Shown here: in pieces, positions 41,957 through 52,745 of the stretch
Numbering within the stretch: the first letter of the stretch is position 1
Layout: each line of letters opens with the position of its first letter
Source: an uncultured Planctomycetaceae bacterium
Lineage (GTDB): Bacteria > Planctomycetota > Planctomycetia > Planctomycetales > Planctomycetaceae
Direction of reading: 5' to 3'
Length of the DNA: 64,000 nt
Assembly (NCBI GenBank): GCA_963815195.1
Contig: CAWFGE010000013.1
Span: 256,001 to 320,000, forward strand
Program-made: the position numbers and the translations under genes
The notes under the pieces: generated by a model
Told to the model about the DNA's origin: nothing
Database searches by the model: none
What the model saw: the letters and a program-made list of their open reading frames with translations, nothing else

Positions 41957-41970
41957 GGTTTCTTGTTGGG

Positions 41971-44501
41971 CTAGTGGCTTGGGTTGGATGGAACGGCGCG
42001 CGGCAGGGAAGTCATTTCGAGCGTCCAATCAAACCAGTCCGTCCACTGTTTCCGCTGGTGCAGATTGGTGGATGGCGATTGGAAGATCGAAGGCTCCATG
42101 CGCTCGGCCAGGATCTGGGCTTGCTTTAGGGTGCTGCGGGCTTCTTCGGGCTTTTTGAGTTGCTGATAGCATTGGGCCATTTGCAGATAGGACAGCAAAA
42201 CGCGGACGTGGTTGGGATAGCGGTTGATGGCGCTGCTATAGACCAGAAGGGCGGCATCGTAATCGTGCAGGGCGAATTCGATGTCGCCCAGGTCGAAGAA
42301 GGTGTTTTGCATCAGACGCAGCTCGAGGGGGCTTAAGCCGACGGTTTCTTCCGTCTGGAGCAGACGCGTTCTCAGTTCGCGCAGAATCTGTGCCGCGACT
42401 TTGAGCCGCTGGTGATATTCCTTGGCCAATTCCTGCTTCTCGTTGGCGATCTGCGCGTTTTCGAGTTTTTCCTGATACTCGCTGGCGCTTTTCTGATAGG
42501 CCCGCGCGAGCAGGTATTGCGCTTCGAAGTGCTTGTCCTGCGAGGGATACCGCCGGACGTATTCGCTCAGCTTTTTGATGGCCTCGTCCCAGTTGACGAG
42601 GTTCGATTTTTTCGAGGCGCTCGGGTTTTCCGGTTGGGCGGGATCGGCGGCGAGCTTGTTTTCCAGGTGGCCGCTCATAGCGATTCGCGCGGAGGTGACG
42701 TGATAGAGCGTGCTGCCCAGCGCGAAGAGCGATTCCCGCCATTCCTTGGCGGCGGGGCCGAGCGAACTGGATTCGATGATGTCCCGCCAGGTCTCTTCGG
42801 CTTTTTGGAACTCCCCGCGTTCGAGGTGGGCGATTCCCGCGAGGTACGACGCCTCGAACGATGCGGGATCCTTGGGATGCCTTTGGATCGTGCGTTCGAG
42901 AAGGTTAAGGGCGTCCTGCGTTTTGTCGTCGGTGAGATCGGTATAGGCGAGTTGGACATAGGCCAAGGGCAGCCGCTCTTTGGGCGCGGTCGCGATGAAT
43001 TTTCTGATCTGGGCCTGGGCTTTTTTGAAGCGGTGGCCGCGCATGTAATGCTCCGCGCTGATCCATAGAACGTCGGAATACTTGGGAGACGACTTGAGCA
43101 AATCGGCCAAGGCGGCAAACGCATCGCCGCTGGCGGTCCAGCGCTCCTGGATTTGCAGCCCGTAGGTCTTGGGATCTTTGACGAGCCATTGGGCGTTTTG
43201 CTCTTCGTAGTATTCGGCCCACTTCTCATAGGTGCGGGCCTCGAGTTCGCGGGCCTGGATCACGGTAAACAGCGGCGGCATGAGGCGCGACAAGGCGATG
43301 GCGTTGGCAAAGTCGTGCCCTTCGGCCCATCCGCTCCACGCCTGGAGGATCAATTTGCGAAACTGGGCGATGCTGACCCAGCGGTTATGATAGGTTTGGG
43401 GATCCGGAAGACCTTTGAGCGCCTGCTCGTAAGCGGAGAGGGCTTCCTCGTCGCGGCCGGCCAGTTGCAACAGCCAGCCTTGATGCAGCGAGGCGGCCAC
43501 GCCTTCGTGGGATTTGGGATAGCGGGCCGTCGTGCGCTCGTATTGATTGATGGCCCGGTCCATGTCGCCGAGCGCCTCTTCGCAGACTCCCAAAAGATAA
43601 AACACCTGCCGGGTTTGTACATCGGTCAAACCGCTGGCGTTTTGGAGCGACTGCAGAGATTCCCGCGCCTCTGGTAGCCTCCGACCGTCTTCAAGGCCAG
43701 GAGGGTTTGCACTTGGATAATGCGAATTCCGACATGCCCTTCTTCGCGGGGATCGAGTTTGGGCAGCGCCTTGACGGCTTCGTCGGTGCGATCGAGCGCG
43801 ACGAGCACCTGGGCCTTGAGAAGCATCGCCAGGTCGACGTCTTTCGCGGCGGCCTTCTCCGCCTGGAGCTTTTTGAGGAGCCCGTCGGCGTGGTTCAATG
43901 CTTTCGCGAGCAAGGGCGGCGTCCGCAGCTCGAGATAGATTTCGATGAGCTTCGTCGTGAGTTCCTGGTCGTCTTGGGGCGAGGATTTCAGGGCTTCCTC
44001 GACGTAGGGGCGAGCCTCGGAAGGAGAGCCGAGCGCGTGCAGGCTCAAGCCCAGGGCGTAAGCCCATTCCGTCCGGTACTGGGCATTGAGTGCCAAGCGC
44101 TCCGCGTCGCGCAGGTATTTGACGGCCGCGGTGAACCGTTCGTCCCGCTTGTCTTCGGAGGCGTCCAAGCCGTCGCGGAAGGCGGCGATCCCCAAAATGT
44201 ATTCCGCCGCTCCGGGAAAATCCGGATCGTGGTATTTGATCGCCTGCAAATCGAGCGCGATTTTCCGGGCGGCCCGGCGATTGGCGGGGGAGTCGTTTTG
44301 CTTTTCGATCAAGGCAATGGCTTGCTGTTGCCGTTCCGCGGGGGGCTGGCCACCCGACGAGGCACTGTACCAAATCCAAACCCCCAACAACGAAAGCGCA
44401 GCGGTGCCCGCCATGCCGATCCGCCGTTTGGACCAGAATCCGGCGGACGCCTCGGCGGTTTCGGGTTGGTCTTGAGGATTTGCTTTGTTCTTGATCGGCA
44501 T
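41971..44501 (-). CDS. Large membrane-anchored tetratricopeptide repeat protein (frameshift near 43672)
   Basis: An N-terminal TM (AGTAALSLLGVWIWY) and TPRs in ORF 43626..44558 continue into the TPRs of ORF 41971..44568 (YLLGVCEE, YLAGIAHLE, YLLARAYQ, FDLGDIEF). About 840 aa when joined. Confidence 0.8.
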
Positions 44502-44912
44502 GGATTTGAATGAGTGAGGGGCCCGCAGTGCGGAGAATCGCCGGCCGGCAAGGTGCACCGCTTATCACCAGATGTTCATTCAGGAGATTACGGCAAAATG
44601 CGATCCGAAATCTGTGAGGGGAACGAGTGAGAAAAGTGGGGAATCTATAGGAGAAAACTGCATTCCTGTCAATCAGATTTTTAACCCTTGAAAAATGCTT
44701 AAACGTAGAAACGTCGTTGGCTCACCGGAGGGGGAGAGCGATCCCGGAACTCTTGAAAACCAAGCTCGCGAGACCGGCGCACAGAAAATCTGTCCATGCA
44801 GAGGAAAGATCGAATTTGGGTAACGCCGGGGTTTATCATGGTTTACGAAGGGCGGACTTCTTAGAATGTGTGGAAATTGCGAATGAATTTCCCTTCTTGA
44901 ATCCCTTCACGA

Positions 44913-45862
44913 ATGAAACACACTTTGACACCCGAGTCCGGGCAACAGATTCGAGCGCTCCGAAACAACCTGGCCCAAGTCATTCAAGGAAAAGACGACG
45001 TCCTGGATATTCTCATCGTGGCCTTGCTCGCGGGCGGGTCGATTTTGATGGACGATGTGCCGGGCGTGGGGAAGACGACCCTCGCGAAGGCGCTGGCCCG
45101 GTCGATCGACGTCACGTTTCACCGCGTGCAGTTCACGCCGGATTTGCTGCCTAGCGATATATTGGGATCGTCGATTTATCATCCGGTGGACGGGTGCTTC
45201 AATTTTCGCGGGGGGCCGATTTTCTGCAACGTCCTTCTGGCGGATGAAATCAACCGCGCCTCGCCGCGAACGCAGTCGGCCCTGTTGGAAGCGATGAGCG
45301 AAATGCAGGCGACCATCGAAGGCGTGCTGCATCCATTGCCTGCCCCGTTCCTGGTGATCGCCACGCAGAATCCGATCGATTTCCACGGGACCTATCCGCT
45401 GCCCGAGGCCCAGTTGGACCGGTTCCTGGTGCAATTGCATTTGGGGTATCCCGACGAAGAGCACGAAGTCGAGGTGCTGTATTCCCAGCAGGAGACGCAC
45501 CCGGTGGAGTGGGTCGAGCCGGTGCTCACGCGGGAAGAGGTATTGGAGCTTCAGGACTCGGTGAAGCACGTCCACGTGGAGCGGAACGTGGGCGAGTATC
45601 TCGTGCGGGTGGTGCGGGCCTCGCGGGAGGATCCGCATTTGAAGCTGGGCGTCAGTCCGCGGGGATCGCTCATGCTCTTTGCGCGGCTCAGGCGGCGGCG
45701 TTTACGGCGGGACGAAGCTATGTGCTGCCCGACGATGTGCAACGGCTCGCGCCCTATGTGCTGCCTCACCGGATGATCCTCACCGCGAAAGCCCGTTATG
45801 CGAACATCCAGCGGGCGGAGATCGTCAAGAACATGCTCGAGCGGGTGCCGGTGCCGACATGA
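44913..45862 (+). CDS. MoxR-family AAA+ ATPase (frameshift near 45680)
   Basis: DVPGVGKTTLA, RVQFTPDLLPSD, LADEINRA.PRTQSALLE, ATQNP, GTYPLPEAQLDRF. The C-terminus YVLPDDV...HR is in the next frame. Confidence 0.92.
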
Positions 45863-47163
45863 CTCAATGGAGCAAACGCTGGCTGAATCAACTTGTCGTC
45901 CCGCGCTGGGTGTGGGATTTTTGGCGGTTCAAGGTGACGCTTTCGGGCCGGCTGTTGATCGGGTGCACGGTGATGTCCTTGTTGGGGACCATTTCGGTGC
46001 AGATCCCGGTGTATCAGATTTTTTGCGCCTTCGCTTCGCTGTTGGTGCTTTCGTTTATTGCGGGAATTTGGTGCCGGCCGCGGGTGACGCTTTCGGGTGA
46101 ATTGCCGCGAACGGCGACGGTGGGGCAAGTGGTGCGGGGGGAGTTTCAGATCATGAATCCCGGCCGCCGGGCCGCCTATGATTTGTCGCTGGGCTTCATC
46201 GATCTGACGAAAGCCGTCGAACACACGGACCGGGAGTTGTCGGTGGACGTGTTGGCGGCGGGGGATGCGGTGACGATGCCGGTGACGTTAATGCCCAGCC
46301 GCCGGGGCCTTCACGAGCTTCCGGATCTCCGCGCGTACAGCACGTTTCCGTTTGATTTGTTTCGCAGCGGGTCGTCGGCGCTTCCGATGCCGCCGCTGTT
46401 TGTGTTGCCGGCGTTTCATGCCCTGGCGGATGTCAGCGTGCCCGTGGGAATGCGGCATCAGCCGGGCGGGGTCGCTTTGACGTCCCACATCGGCGAATCG
46501 CCGGAGTACATCGGCAATCGCGAGTACGTGCCCGGCGAACCGGTCAGGCGGATCGATTTTCGCTCGTGGGCCCGGCTGGGCAAACCCGTGGTGCGGGAGT
46601 TCCAGGAGGAATATTATTGCCGAATCGCGCTGGTCCTGGACACCCACGTCGTTCCCAAGCGGACCTGGGGATCATTCGAGCGGTGGGCCGAGGGCTGGTA
46701 TCTTCCTTATGAGCCGGGGCCGGATGAATTTCCCGAATTGGAGGCGGCGGTGAGCCTGACCGCGGCCCTGGCGGATGCCCTCGCGCGCGGCGAATACCTG
46801 ATCGACCTGTTCGCGGCGGGGCCGGATTTGTACGTCTTCCAAGCGGGCCGGCACATCGCCCACTTCGAAAGCGTATTGGAAATCCTCGCCTGCGTGGAAG
46901 CCTGCCGGCAGAACCCGTTCGCGGACATCGCCCCCGCGTTGTTCGACGAACTCGGACAGATTTCCACGGCGGTTTGCGTGTTTCTCGATTGGGACGAATC
47001 CCGCCGGGAGCTGGCGCAGACGATCGTGGAAGCCGGCTGCCAAATCAAACGCATCATCATCCGCGACGGCCCCACGACAGATCCCCCCGACGACCCGGCC
47101 TTCGGCCCCTGCCGGCAATACAGCATCGCGGAAGTCACCGGCGGCGGACTGGAGTTTATTTGA
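45859..47163 (+). CDS. DUF58 domain protein
   Basis: ATGA overlap with the moxR gene. RRG, FPFDLF, EYIGNREYVPGE..RRIDFRSWAR, VREFQEE. Confidence 0.9.
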   Translation: MTQWSKRWLNQLVVPRWVWDFWRFKVTLSGRLLIGCTVMSLLGTISVQIPVYQIFCAFASLLVLSFIAGIWCRPRVTLSGELPRTATVGQVVRGEFQIMNPGRRAAYDLSLGFIDLTKAVEHTDRELSVDVLAAGDAVTMPVTLMPSRRGLHELPDLRAYSTFPFDLFRSGSSALPMPPLFVLPAFHALADVSVPVGMRHQPGGVALTSHIGESPEYIGNREYVPGEPVRRIDFRSWARLGKPVVREFQEEYYCRIALVLDTHVVPKRTWGSFERWAEGWYLPYEPGPDEFPELEAAVSLTAALADALARGEYLIDLFAAGPDLYVFQAGRHIAHFESVLEILACVEACRQNPFADIAPALFDELGQISTAVCVFLDWDESRRELAQTIVEAGCQIKRIIIRDGPTTDPPDDPAFGPCRQYSIAEVTGGGLEFI

Positions 47164-47339
47164 GAGCGCGCCACCGAAAAATTGAGTGCGTGGTTTGCGA
47201 TCATCGGGAGAATTCTTCGAGATCTAAAACCCGTTGATACGTGCACGTCCTTGACCGCAGACGCTGGGAGTGCTTTTATAATTGTTGTTCGGTGCCGCGC
47301 CGGTCACGAAACGAAGGCTCCTTCATCGAAAGAGAAATC

Positions 47340-47918
47340 ATGGCGGGATCCGGCTGGAGTTTCTTAGTCGAATACGATGGCAAGCCAGAATCTCTGATGC
47401 GATCGCTGGAAACACATGTTTTCCAATCCGGTCGCTTCGACATCCCCATCGTGGAGCCTGAGTTCCTTGACGAGATCGATTTCTTCTCGGTCAGTGATGA
47501 AGAACGCGAGGAGATGGCAGAGCAATACGGACTCGAGGCGATGCTGACGGTGGCCCGGCGTGTCGGTTTCGCCGATTTCGTACCGTGGTGCGTCGAACGA
47601 ATGAAAACGGGACGCGTTGAAACTCTTGAGGAATTGCGGGCCATGCAATGCCTGTCGTCCTCAGGCACTCATTCACCCCTCGACATGTCCGGCATTTCGG
47701 ATGCCCCTGAAGACTTCAAACTCTATCCTCTCGCGGACGATCAGATATTGAAGGTGTTCGGAACGTCGCGTGTTCGGTACGATGATGTCGCATCGAGGGA
47801 CATGTTCGTGGCCAGGTCGCTTCCAGAGGCGTATGCGAACTGGCAAGGCGTTTTTGTCCCGGTTTATACTGGCGATTCCATCACTCATGCGTATGTCGAA
47901 GGCGCAAGTGGAGATTGA
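47340..47918 (+). CDS. Hypothetical acidic protein
   Basis: 192-aa ORF MAGSGWSFLVEY...GTHSPLD...YVEGASGD. Visibly less GC-biased than its neighbours. Confidence 0.6.
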   Translation: MAGSGWSFLVEYDGKPESLMRSLETHVFQSGRFDIPIVEPEFLDEIDFFSVSDEEREEMAEQYGLEAMLTVARRVGFADFVPWCVERMKTGRVETLEELRAMQCLSSSGTHSPLDMSGISDAPEDFKLYPLADDQILKVFGTSRVRYDDVASRDMFVARSLPEAYANWQGVFVPVYTGDSITHAYVEGASGD

Positions 47919-47980
47919 ATGGCCGGGCGTCGTCGGCCTTTGCTCCTGAATGAAAACCACATCCCTATTGGAGGTGAACG

Positions 47981-48888
47981 ATGAAACGATTTGATGTTTT
48001 TTGCGCGATCGCAGCGGCTTTGTTTTTGGCAGGTCCGCGGATTTCCCAGGCTGCGGACGAGAAAGAAAAGCTCGAACACTCCGCGGCCGAGAAAACCGCG
48101 ATGGCGGATGTCCGCAAGCTCGGCGGGCACGTGATGGAACTCGCCCAGACCGATCCGCACCTCGAAGTCGCCTATCATCTGACGGACGGAAAGGTCGGCG
48201 ACGACCATTTGAAACCGCTCGCCCAGATGCCTTTGCTCGTGTCGCTGAACCTGCGGGGCACGGACATCACGAACGCGGGGCTGGCCCATATCTCGGCCGT
48301 CAAATCGCTCCGCCGGCTGCACCTTGAGAAAACGCAAATCACCGACGAGGGCCTGGCGAGCCTCAAGGATTTGGAGAACCTCGAATACTTGAACCTCTAC
48401 GGTACCGCCGTCACCGATCAAGGCCTCAAAAGTCTCGAAGGCCTGAAGAACCTGCGGAAGCTGTATCTCTGGGAGACCAAGGTCACCGATGCCGGGGTCG
48501 AAGCCCTCAAGAAAAAGCTGCCCATGCTGGAAGTCATCCGCGGCCTGAGCCTCGCCGAACCCGAAAAGAAAGAAGAACCGAAAAAAGAAGAACCGAAAAA
48601 AGAAGAACCGAAAAAAGAAGAACCGAAAAAAGAAGAACCGAAAAAAGAAGAACCGAAAAAAGAAGAAAACCGAAGAAGGAAGAACCGAAGAAGGAAGAAC
48701 CGAAGAAGGAAGAACCGAAAAAAGAAGAGCCGAAAAAAGAAGAACCGAAAAAAGAAGAACCGAAAAAAGAAGAGCCGAAGAAGCCCGAAGCGAAGAAGGA
48801 AGAGCCGAAGAAAGACGACGCCAAGAAAGTCGCGCCGAAAGAGCCTGAGGACAAGAAAGCGGACGAGGCGAAGAAGAAGGATTCGTAG
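47981..48888 (+). CDS. Secreted leucine-rich repeat protein with a PKKEE repeat tail (2-nt insertion near 48668)
   Basis: GGAGG RBS, signal peptide and LxxLxLxxTxITDxGL repeats. Removing AA at 48668-69 gives 13 PKKEE units and the stop at 48886-88. Confidence 0.85.
48578..48774 (+). repeat. 15-bp coding minisatellite (CCGAARAARGAAGAR), 13 units
   Basis: Six units, an extra AA, then seven units, read directly from the sequence. Confidence 0.9.
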
Positions 48889-48898
48889 CGCGGCGGCA

Positions 48899-48939
48899 GT
48901 CCCCTCACCCTAACCCTCTCCCCCAAGGGGACAGGGGAC
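48899..48939. repeat. REP-like palindrome CCCCTCACCCTAACCCTCTCCCC..GGGGACAGGGGA
   Basis: GC-rich imperfect palindrome immediately after the LRR stop codon. Confidence 0.55.
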
Positions 48940-48960
48940 AAAACCGGGGCGCCTAAAAAT

Positions 48961-49002
48961 AAAAAACCGCACCGGGTGCGCATTGAATGCGCGGCGGTGC
49001 GG
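48961..49002 (-). terminator. Intrinsic terminator (minus strand)
   Basis: Stem CCGCACCG...CGGTGCGG preceded on + by an A-run, which is a U-tract on the minus strand. Confidence 0.55.
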
Positions 49003-49017
49003 CGACCGTTCGGTTTT

Positions 49018-49062
49018 GACGCCGGCTTTGGACTTCTAAAAGAAGTCCGCCGGCGTTTTTTT
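49018..49062 (+). terminator. Intrinsic terminator (plus strand, LRR gene)
   Basis: GACGCCGGC..GGACTTCT-AAA-AGAAGTCC-GCCGGCGT followed by a T-run. Confidence 0.65.
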
Positions 49063-49112
49063 GCCGGGCGCGATTAAGCTTAAGAAGGCGAAAAGGCCCG
49101 GCCCGGATATCC

Positions 49113-49364
49113 GGTGGAGGGAGCGATGTTGAAGACGAGGACAGACTCGGTCCCGGTTCGCCAAGGATTGCAATCGTGACTTTGCCGCTCGAACTGCCGC
49201 GGCAAAGCGGCCGGCGTTCCGGAACCCCACATCAAGTGGAAACTCCAAATTCAATCCCTCTACCCTAAGGGACTTCATTGCGCCACAAGCCGATTTTCGG
49301 CTGTAACTGCCCCGCAGATAAGCAGTTCGGCCGCGAATTCTTCGGTGCGGCCGCGGACCGGGAT
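49113..49364 (+). ncRNA. Candidate structured non-coding RNA (family unassigned)
   Basis: Long-range stems 49113-122/49255-264 and 49150-161/49353-364 (G-U pairs favour +). Local hairpins at 49180-207, 49288-302 and 49305-327. Confidence 0.3.
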
Positions 49365-49384
49365 CATTTCTTCTGGAGCATTCC

Positions 49385-51006
49385 TTAGATCGGCTCGGCG
49401 ATGAGGGGGATGTGCTCGGCGGGGTCGACGGTTTCGGGAAAATCGCTGCGGTAATGCACGCCCCGGCTTTCCCGGCGGGCGGCGGCGGCCGCGATCATCA
49501 TCCGGGCCACCAACAGCATGTTTTGAAGCTCCCAGCCGGCGGGATGTGAAAACTCGTGCGTCGAGACGTAGCGGTCCCAGAAATTCACCTGGTCCGCGGC
49601 TTCCTTGAGGCCCTCCGCATCCCGGCGAATCCCCACGTTCCGCCACATCAAACTCATTAGCGAGTTTTGCACATCGGTCAGGTTGAGCTCGTTCTCATCC
49701 GCGGGCTGCTCCGAAAAGCTGGCTTCGATGGCGAGCGCCGCAAAGCGGTCCGGCAACTCCTTCGCCTGGGCCGCGGCGCCTTGGCCGCAGCTCAAACCGA
49801 AGACCAGGCCTTCCAAAAGACTGTTCGAGGCCAGGCGATTTGCCCCGTGCAGTCCGCTGGATGTGACTTCCCCCGCGGCCCAAAGTCCGGGCAGCGTGGT
49901 TCGGCCGTCGATATCCACTGTCAATCCGCCGACCATGTAATGTGCGCCGGGCCGGACGGGGATCAGATCCCGCGTGATGTCCAATCCGAAATCCGCACAG
50001 ACTTTGCCGATGTGCGGAAACCGCTCGCGGACCAGGTCGGGATCCAGATGCGACAGATCGAGATACACGCACGGCTGGCGGGTTTTCGCCATCTGGCTCG
50101 TGATGGCCCGGCTGACATCATCGCGCGGCGCAGCTCGCCCGCTTCGTGATAATCCGGCATGAAGCGGTAGCCGGTGCTGTCCCGCAGATAAGCCCCTTCG
50201 CCGCGGACGGCTTCGGTAATCAGATGCCGGGAGCTTCCCGCGATATACAGCACCGTGGGATGAAACTGCATAAACTCCATGTCCCGCACCTCGGCCCCCG
50301 CGCGGAACGCGATCGCGTGCCCGTCGCCGGTGGCGATTTCGGGATTGGTCGTCTCGCGATACAGCCGGCCCGCGCCGCCGGTGGCGAGAATCGTCTGCTT
50401 GGCCCACACGATTGTCTTGCCGTGATGCGGGTTCCAGACGATCGCCCCCTGGCATTGGCCGTCGAACGTCAACAGGTCGATCGTGAAGGTTCGCTCCCAG
50501 ATTTGCACGCTCGGCCGGTTTCGCAGCTCCGCGAGCATCGCCCGCATGACTTCTTTGCCCGTCGCATCGCCCAACGCGTGCACGATTCGGCGGTGGCTGT
50601 GCCCCCCTTCTTGGGTCAGCGCGATTTCGCCGCCTTCCACGTCGAAGTTCGTCCCCATCTGGACAAGATCGCAGATTTGCCCGGGGGCCTCTTCGACGAC
50701 GTGGCGGACGACGCTTTCATCACACAGCCCCTTCCCGGCGGCGAGGGTGTCGGCGACGTGGCTGGCGAAATCGTCCAAGGGATCCAACACCCCCGCGATG
50801 CCGCCTTGGGCGTAGGTGCTGTTGGATTGGGCGAGCACGTTTTTGGTGACGACCACGGTTTCCAGGGCGGGACCGATGGCCAACGCCGCCCGCGTGCCGG
50901 CGATCCCGCCGCCGATGACGAGCACATCCACAAACATGTGCGGCACACGTTTGGGATGGAACTGAATCAAATACCGGCGTTTGGACGCGAGCTTCAAGGG
51001 AGTCAC
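49385..51006 (-). CDS. nadB: L-aspartate oxidase (frameshift near 50131)
   Basis: DVLVIGGGIAG, STYAQGGIA, EGGHSHRRIVHA, QFHPT, ITEAVRGEG; EL[A]PRDDVSRAI, AHYMVGG, GLHGANRLASNSLLE, ESRGVHYRSD. The GTG start overlaps the usp stop. Confidence 0.93.
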
Positions 51007-51470
51007 GGCATTTCGAATTTGTGTTCGGTGTGCCGGACGGTGAGCACCGGGCACGGGGATTTCCGCACGACTTTCTCCGCCACGCTGCCCAACAGAACAT
51101 GCGCGAGCCCCGATCGGCCGTGTGTGCCCATTACGATTAGATCGATGTCATGCTGTTTGGCGTAGCGGATGATTTCCAGAAACGGCGTGCCCTGGATCAC
51201 GTCCCGCACCACGGGAAAGTCCTCCGGCAGCGCGTCTCCGGGCCGCTTCGCGAGCGCCTGTTCCGCGCTTGCCTGGAGTTCCTTCATGTAATCGCCGGGC
51301 GGCGGGAAGGCCATGCCGGGCTCCGGGGCCATCGCCACCAGGTCCTGCAAAACGTGCAGCAAATGTAGCTCGGCCCCGAATTTCTCCGCAAACGAGCAAG
51401 CATAGTTTTTGGCCGCCTCGGAAAACTCGCTGAAGTCCGTGGGCATCAGAATTCTCTTGAGCGAAATCAT
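51003..51470 (-). CDS. Universal stress protein (UspA family)
   Basis: RILMPTDFS, LHLLHV, DLIVMGTHGRSG...GSVAEKVVR.SPCPVLTV. Confidence 0.95.
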   Translation of the reverse strand: MISLKRILMPTDFSEFSEAAKNYACSFAEKFGAELHLLHVLQDLVAMAPEPGMAFPPPGDYMKELQASAEQALAKRPGDALPEDFPVVRDVIQGTPFLEIIRYAKQHDIDLIVMGTHGRSGLAHVLLGSVAEKVVRKSPCPVLTVRHTEHKFEMP

Positions 51471-51743
51471 GCCAGTCTCCCTTTCAATAAATTGGCCGCA
51501 GGGCGCTCGCCCCGATTCATTCGATCTCGTTCGCTATCGCGTGCCGGCCGAGGTCCTGTCTCGTCGTCATTGAACCGCCAACGACCGTCCGCTTGGTCCA
51601 TCATATCCGGCGGACGATGCCAAATCCAATCGTTATGAACTTCTATCGTGGTCTCGGCGAGAGCGGTGGACAGCCGGGATTGCGGGCTACTACAGTAAGC
51701 CTACGTTTATTGCAGAGTTCCCCTTGAGAAAAAGCCGTTCCCG

Positions 51744-52382
51744 ATGTCAACTCCGTCAAAACGCCGACAATTTCTGCAGATGGCCGTTCTTGTCGAAGGC
51801 GGGTTGATTGTTTTGGCGATCGGGTTGACGTGGGCTCTGCAGATTTTCAACCGCGACCTGTTGGCGTGGAACGGACCGGCGGTGTTGTGGGGGCTGGCGG
51901 CGACGCTGCCGCTGCTGCTTGTGTTCGGGGCCATCTATTATTGGCCGGTGAGCGGATATCGCCGGATCAAGGATTTTCTCCTCGAAGCCTTGGGGCCCTT
52001 CATCGCGGCCTGCCGATGGTACGAGCTGTTGTTCGTGGCGATGCTTGCCGGCGTGGGGGAAGAATGGCTGTTTCGGGGCGTGTTGCAAATCTGGATGGCG
52101 CAGCGGTGGGGCGAGGTGGCGGGGCTCGTCGTCAGCAATCTCGTGTTCGGCATGTGCCACGCCATCACCATCACCTATGTGGTGCTCGCATTTTGCATGG
52201 GCGTGTATTTGGGCCTGTTGATGGACGTCCCCGCCGAGCGGTCTTTGCTCTCGCCGATGATTGCGCACGGGCTTTATGATTTCTTCGCATTCCTGCTGGT
52301 CGCCGCCGACTGGCGTAAACGGCTCCGCGAGCGCCAAGAAGAAGACGCCCCAGAGGAGGAAAAGGAGCCGCGCACGCAGTAA
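51744..52382 (+). CDS. CPBP/Abi (CAAX protease-like) intramembrane metalloprotease
   Basis: GEEWLFRG, FGMCH, AHGLYD and multiple TM helices. Confidence 0.9.
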   Translation: MSTPSKRRQFLQMAVLVEGGLIVLAIGLTWALQIFNRDLLAWNGPAVLWGLAATLPLLLVFGAIYYWPVSGYRRIKDFLLEALGPFIAACRWYELLFVAMLAGVGEEWLFRGVLQIWMAQRWGEVAGLVVSNLVFGMCHAITITYVVLAFCMGVYLGLLMDVPAERSLLSPMIAHGLYDFFAFLLVAADWRKRLRERQEEDAPEEEKEPRTQ

Positions 52383-52745
52383 GCGGGAGCCGTTCAACCG
52401 CTTACTGCGTGCGCGGCTCGTGTCTCTTGCGGATGTGGTCCCGTTGTCGCCATGAACCGGGGCTAGCGCCCGTCGGCTAATAAATGGTCGGCGGCTGGAA
52501 TCCGCCGCGACGACTCGATGGTGAAAAAGACGGCGGTCACGGGTTTGCGGCATCCGTGCCTTTTGAAAGGTGGATGTGAAACCGGCGATCCATGCCGGCC
52601 GCCAAAAATTGGCCCGCCGTGGGCGACGTCAACAAGCCCGCCTGATGGCCATGAGCCGGTTGATCCTGTTTTTCGATTTTTTATCAAAGCCGCGCGGGGA
52701 CTTCCCCTCCTTGAGAAAATCCCCCGCGCGGGGTCGGGTCTGCCG

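Noticed and set aside
43626..44568. Arg-rich N-terminal third of the 865-aa ORF 41971..44568
   Set aside because: It is in the wrong frame. The real N-terminus is in ORF 43626..44558 (start 44501).
48668..48913. Arg/Lys-rich NLS- or protamine-like C-terminus in the ORF track
   Set aside because: It is the PKKEE repeat read out of frame after a 2-nt insertion.
49063..49384. tmRNA, RNase P RNA or cobalamin riboswitch
   Set aside because: There are no tRNA-like ends or tag frame, no GAGGAAAGTCC, and only an isolated ACTGCCCCGCA without the other B12-element motifs.
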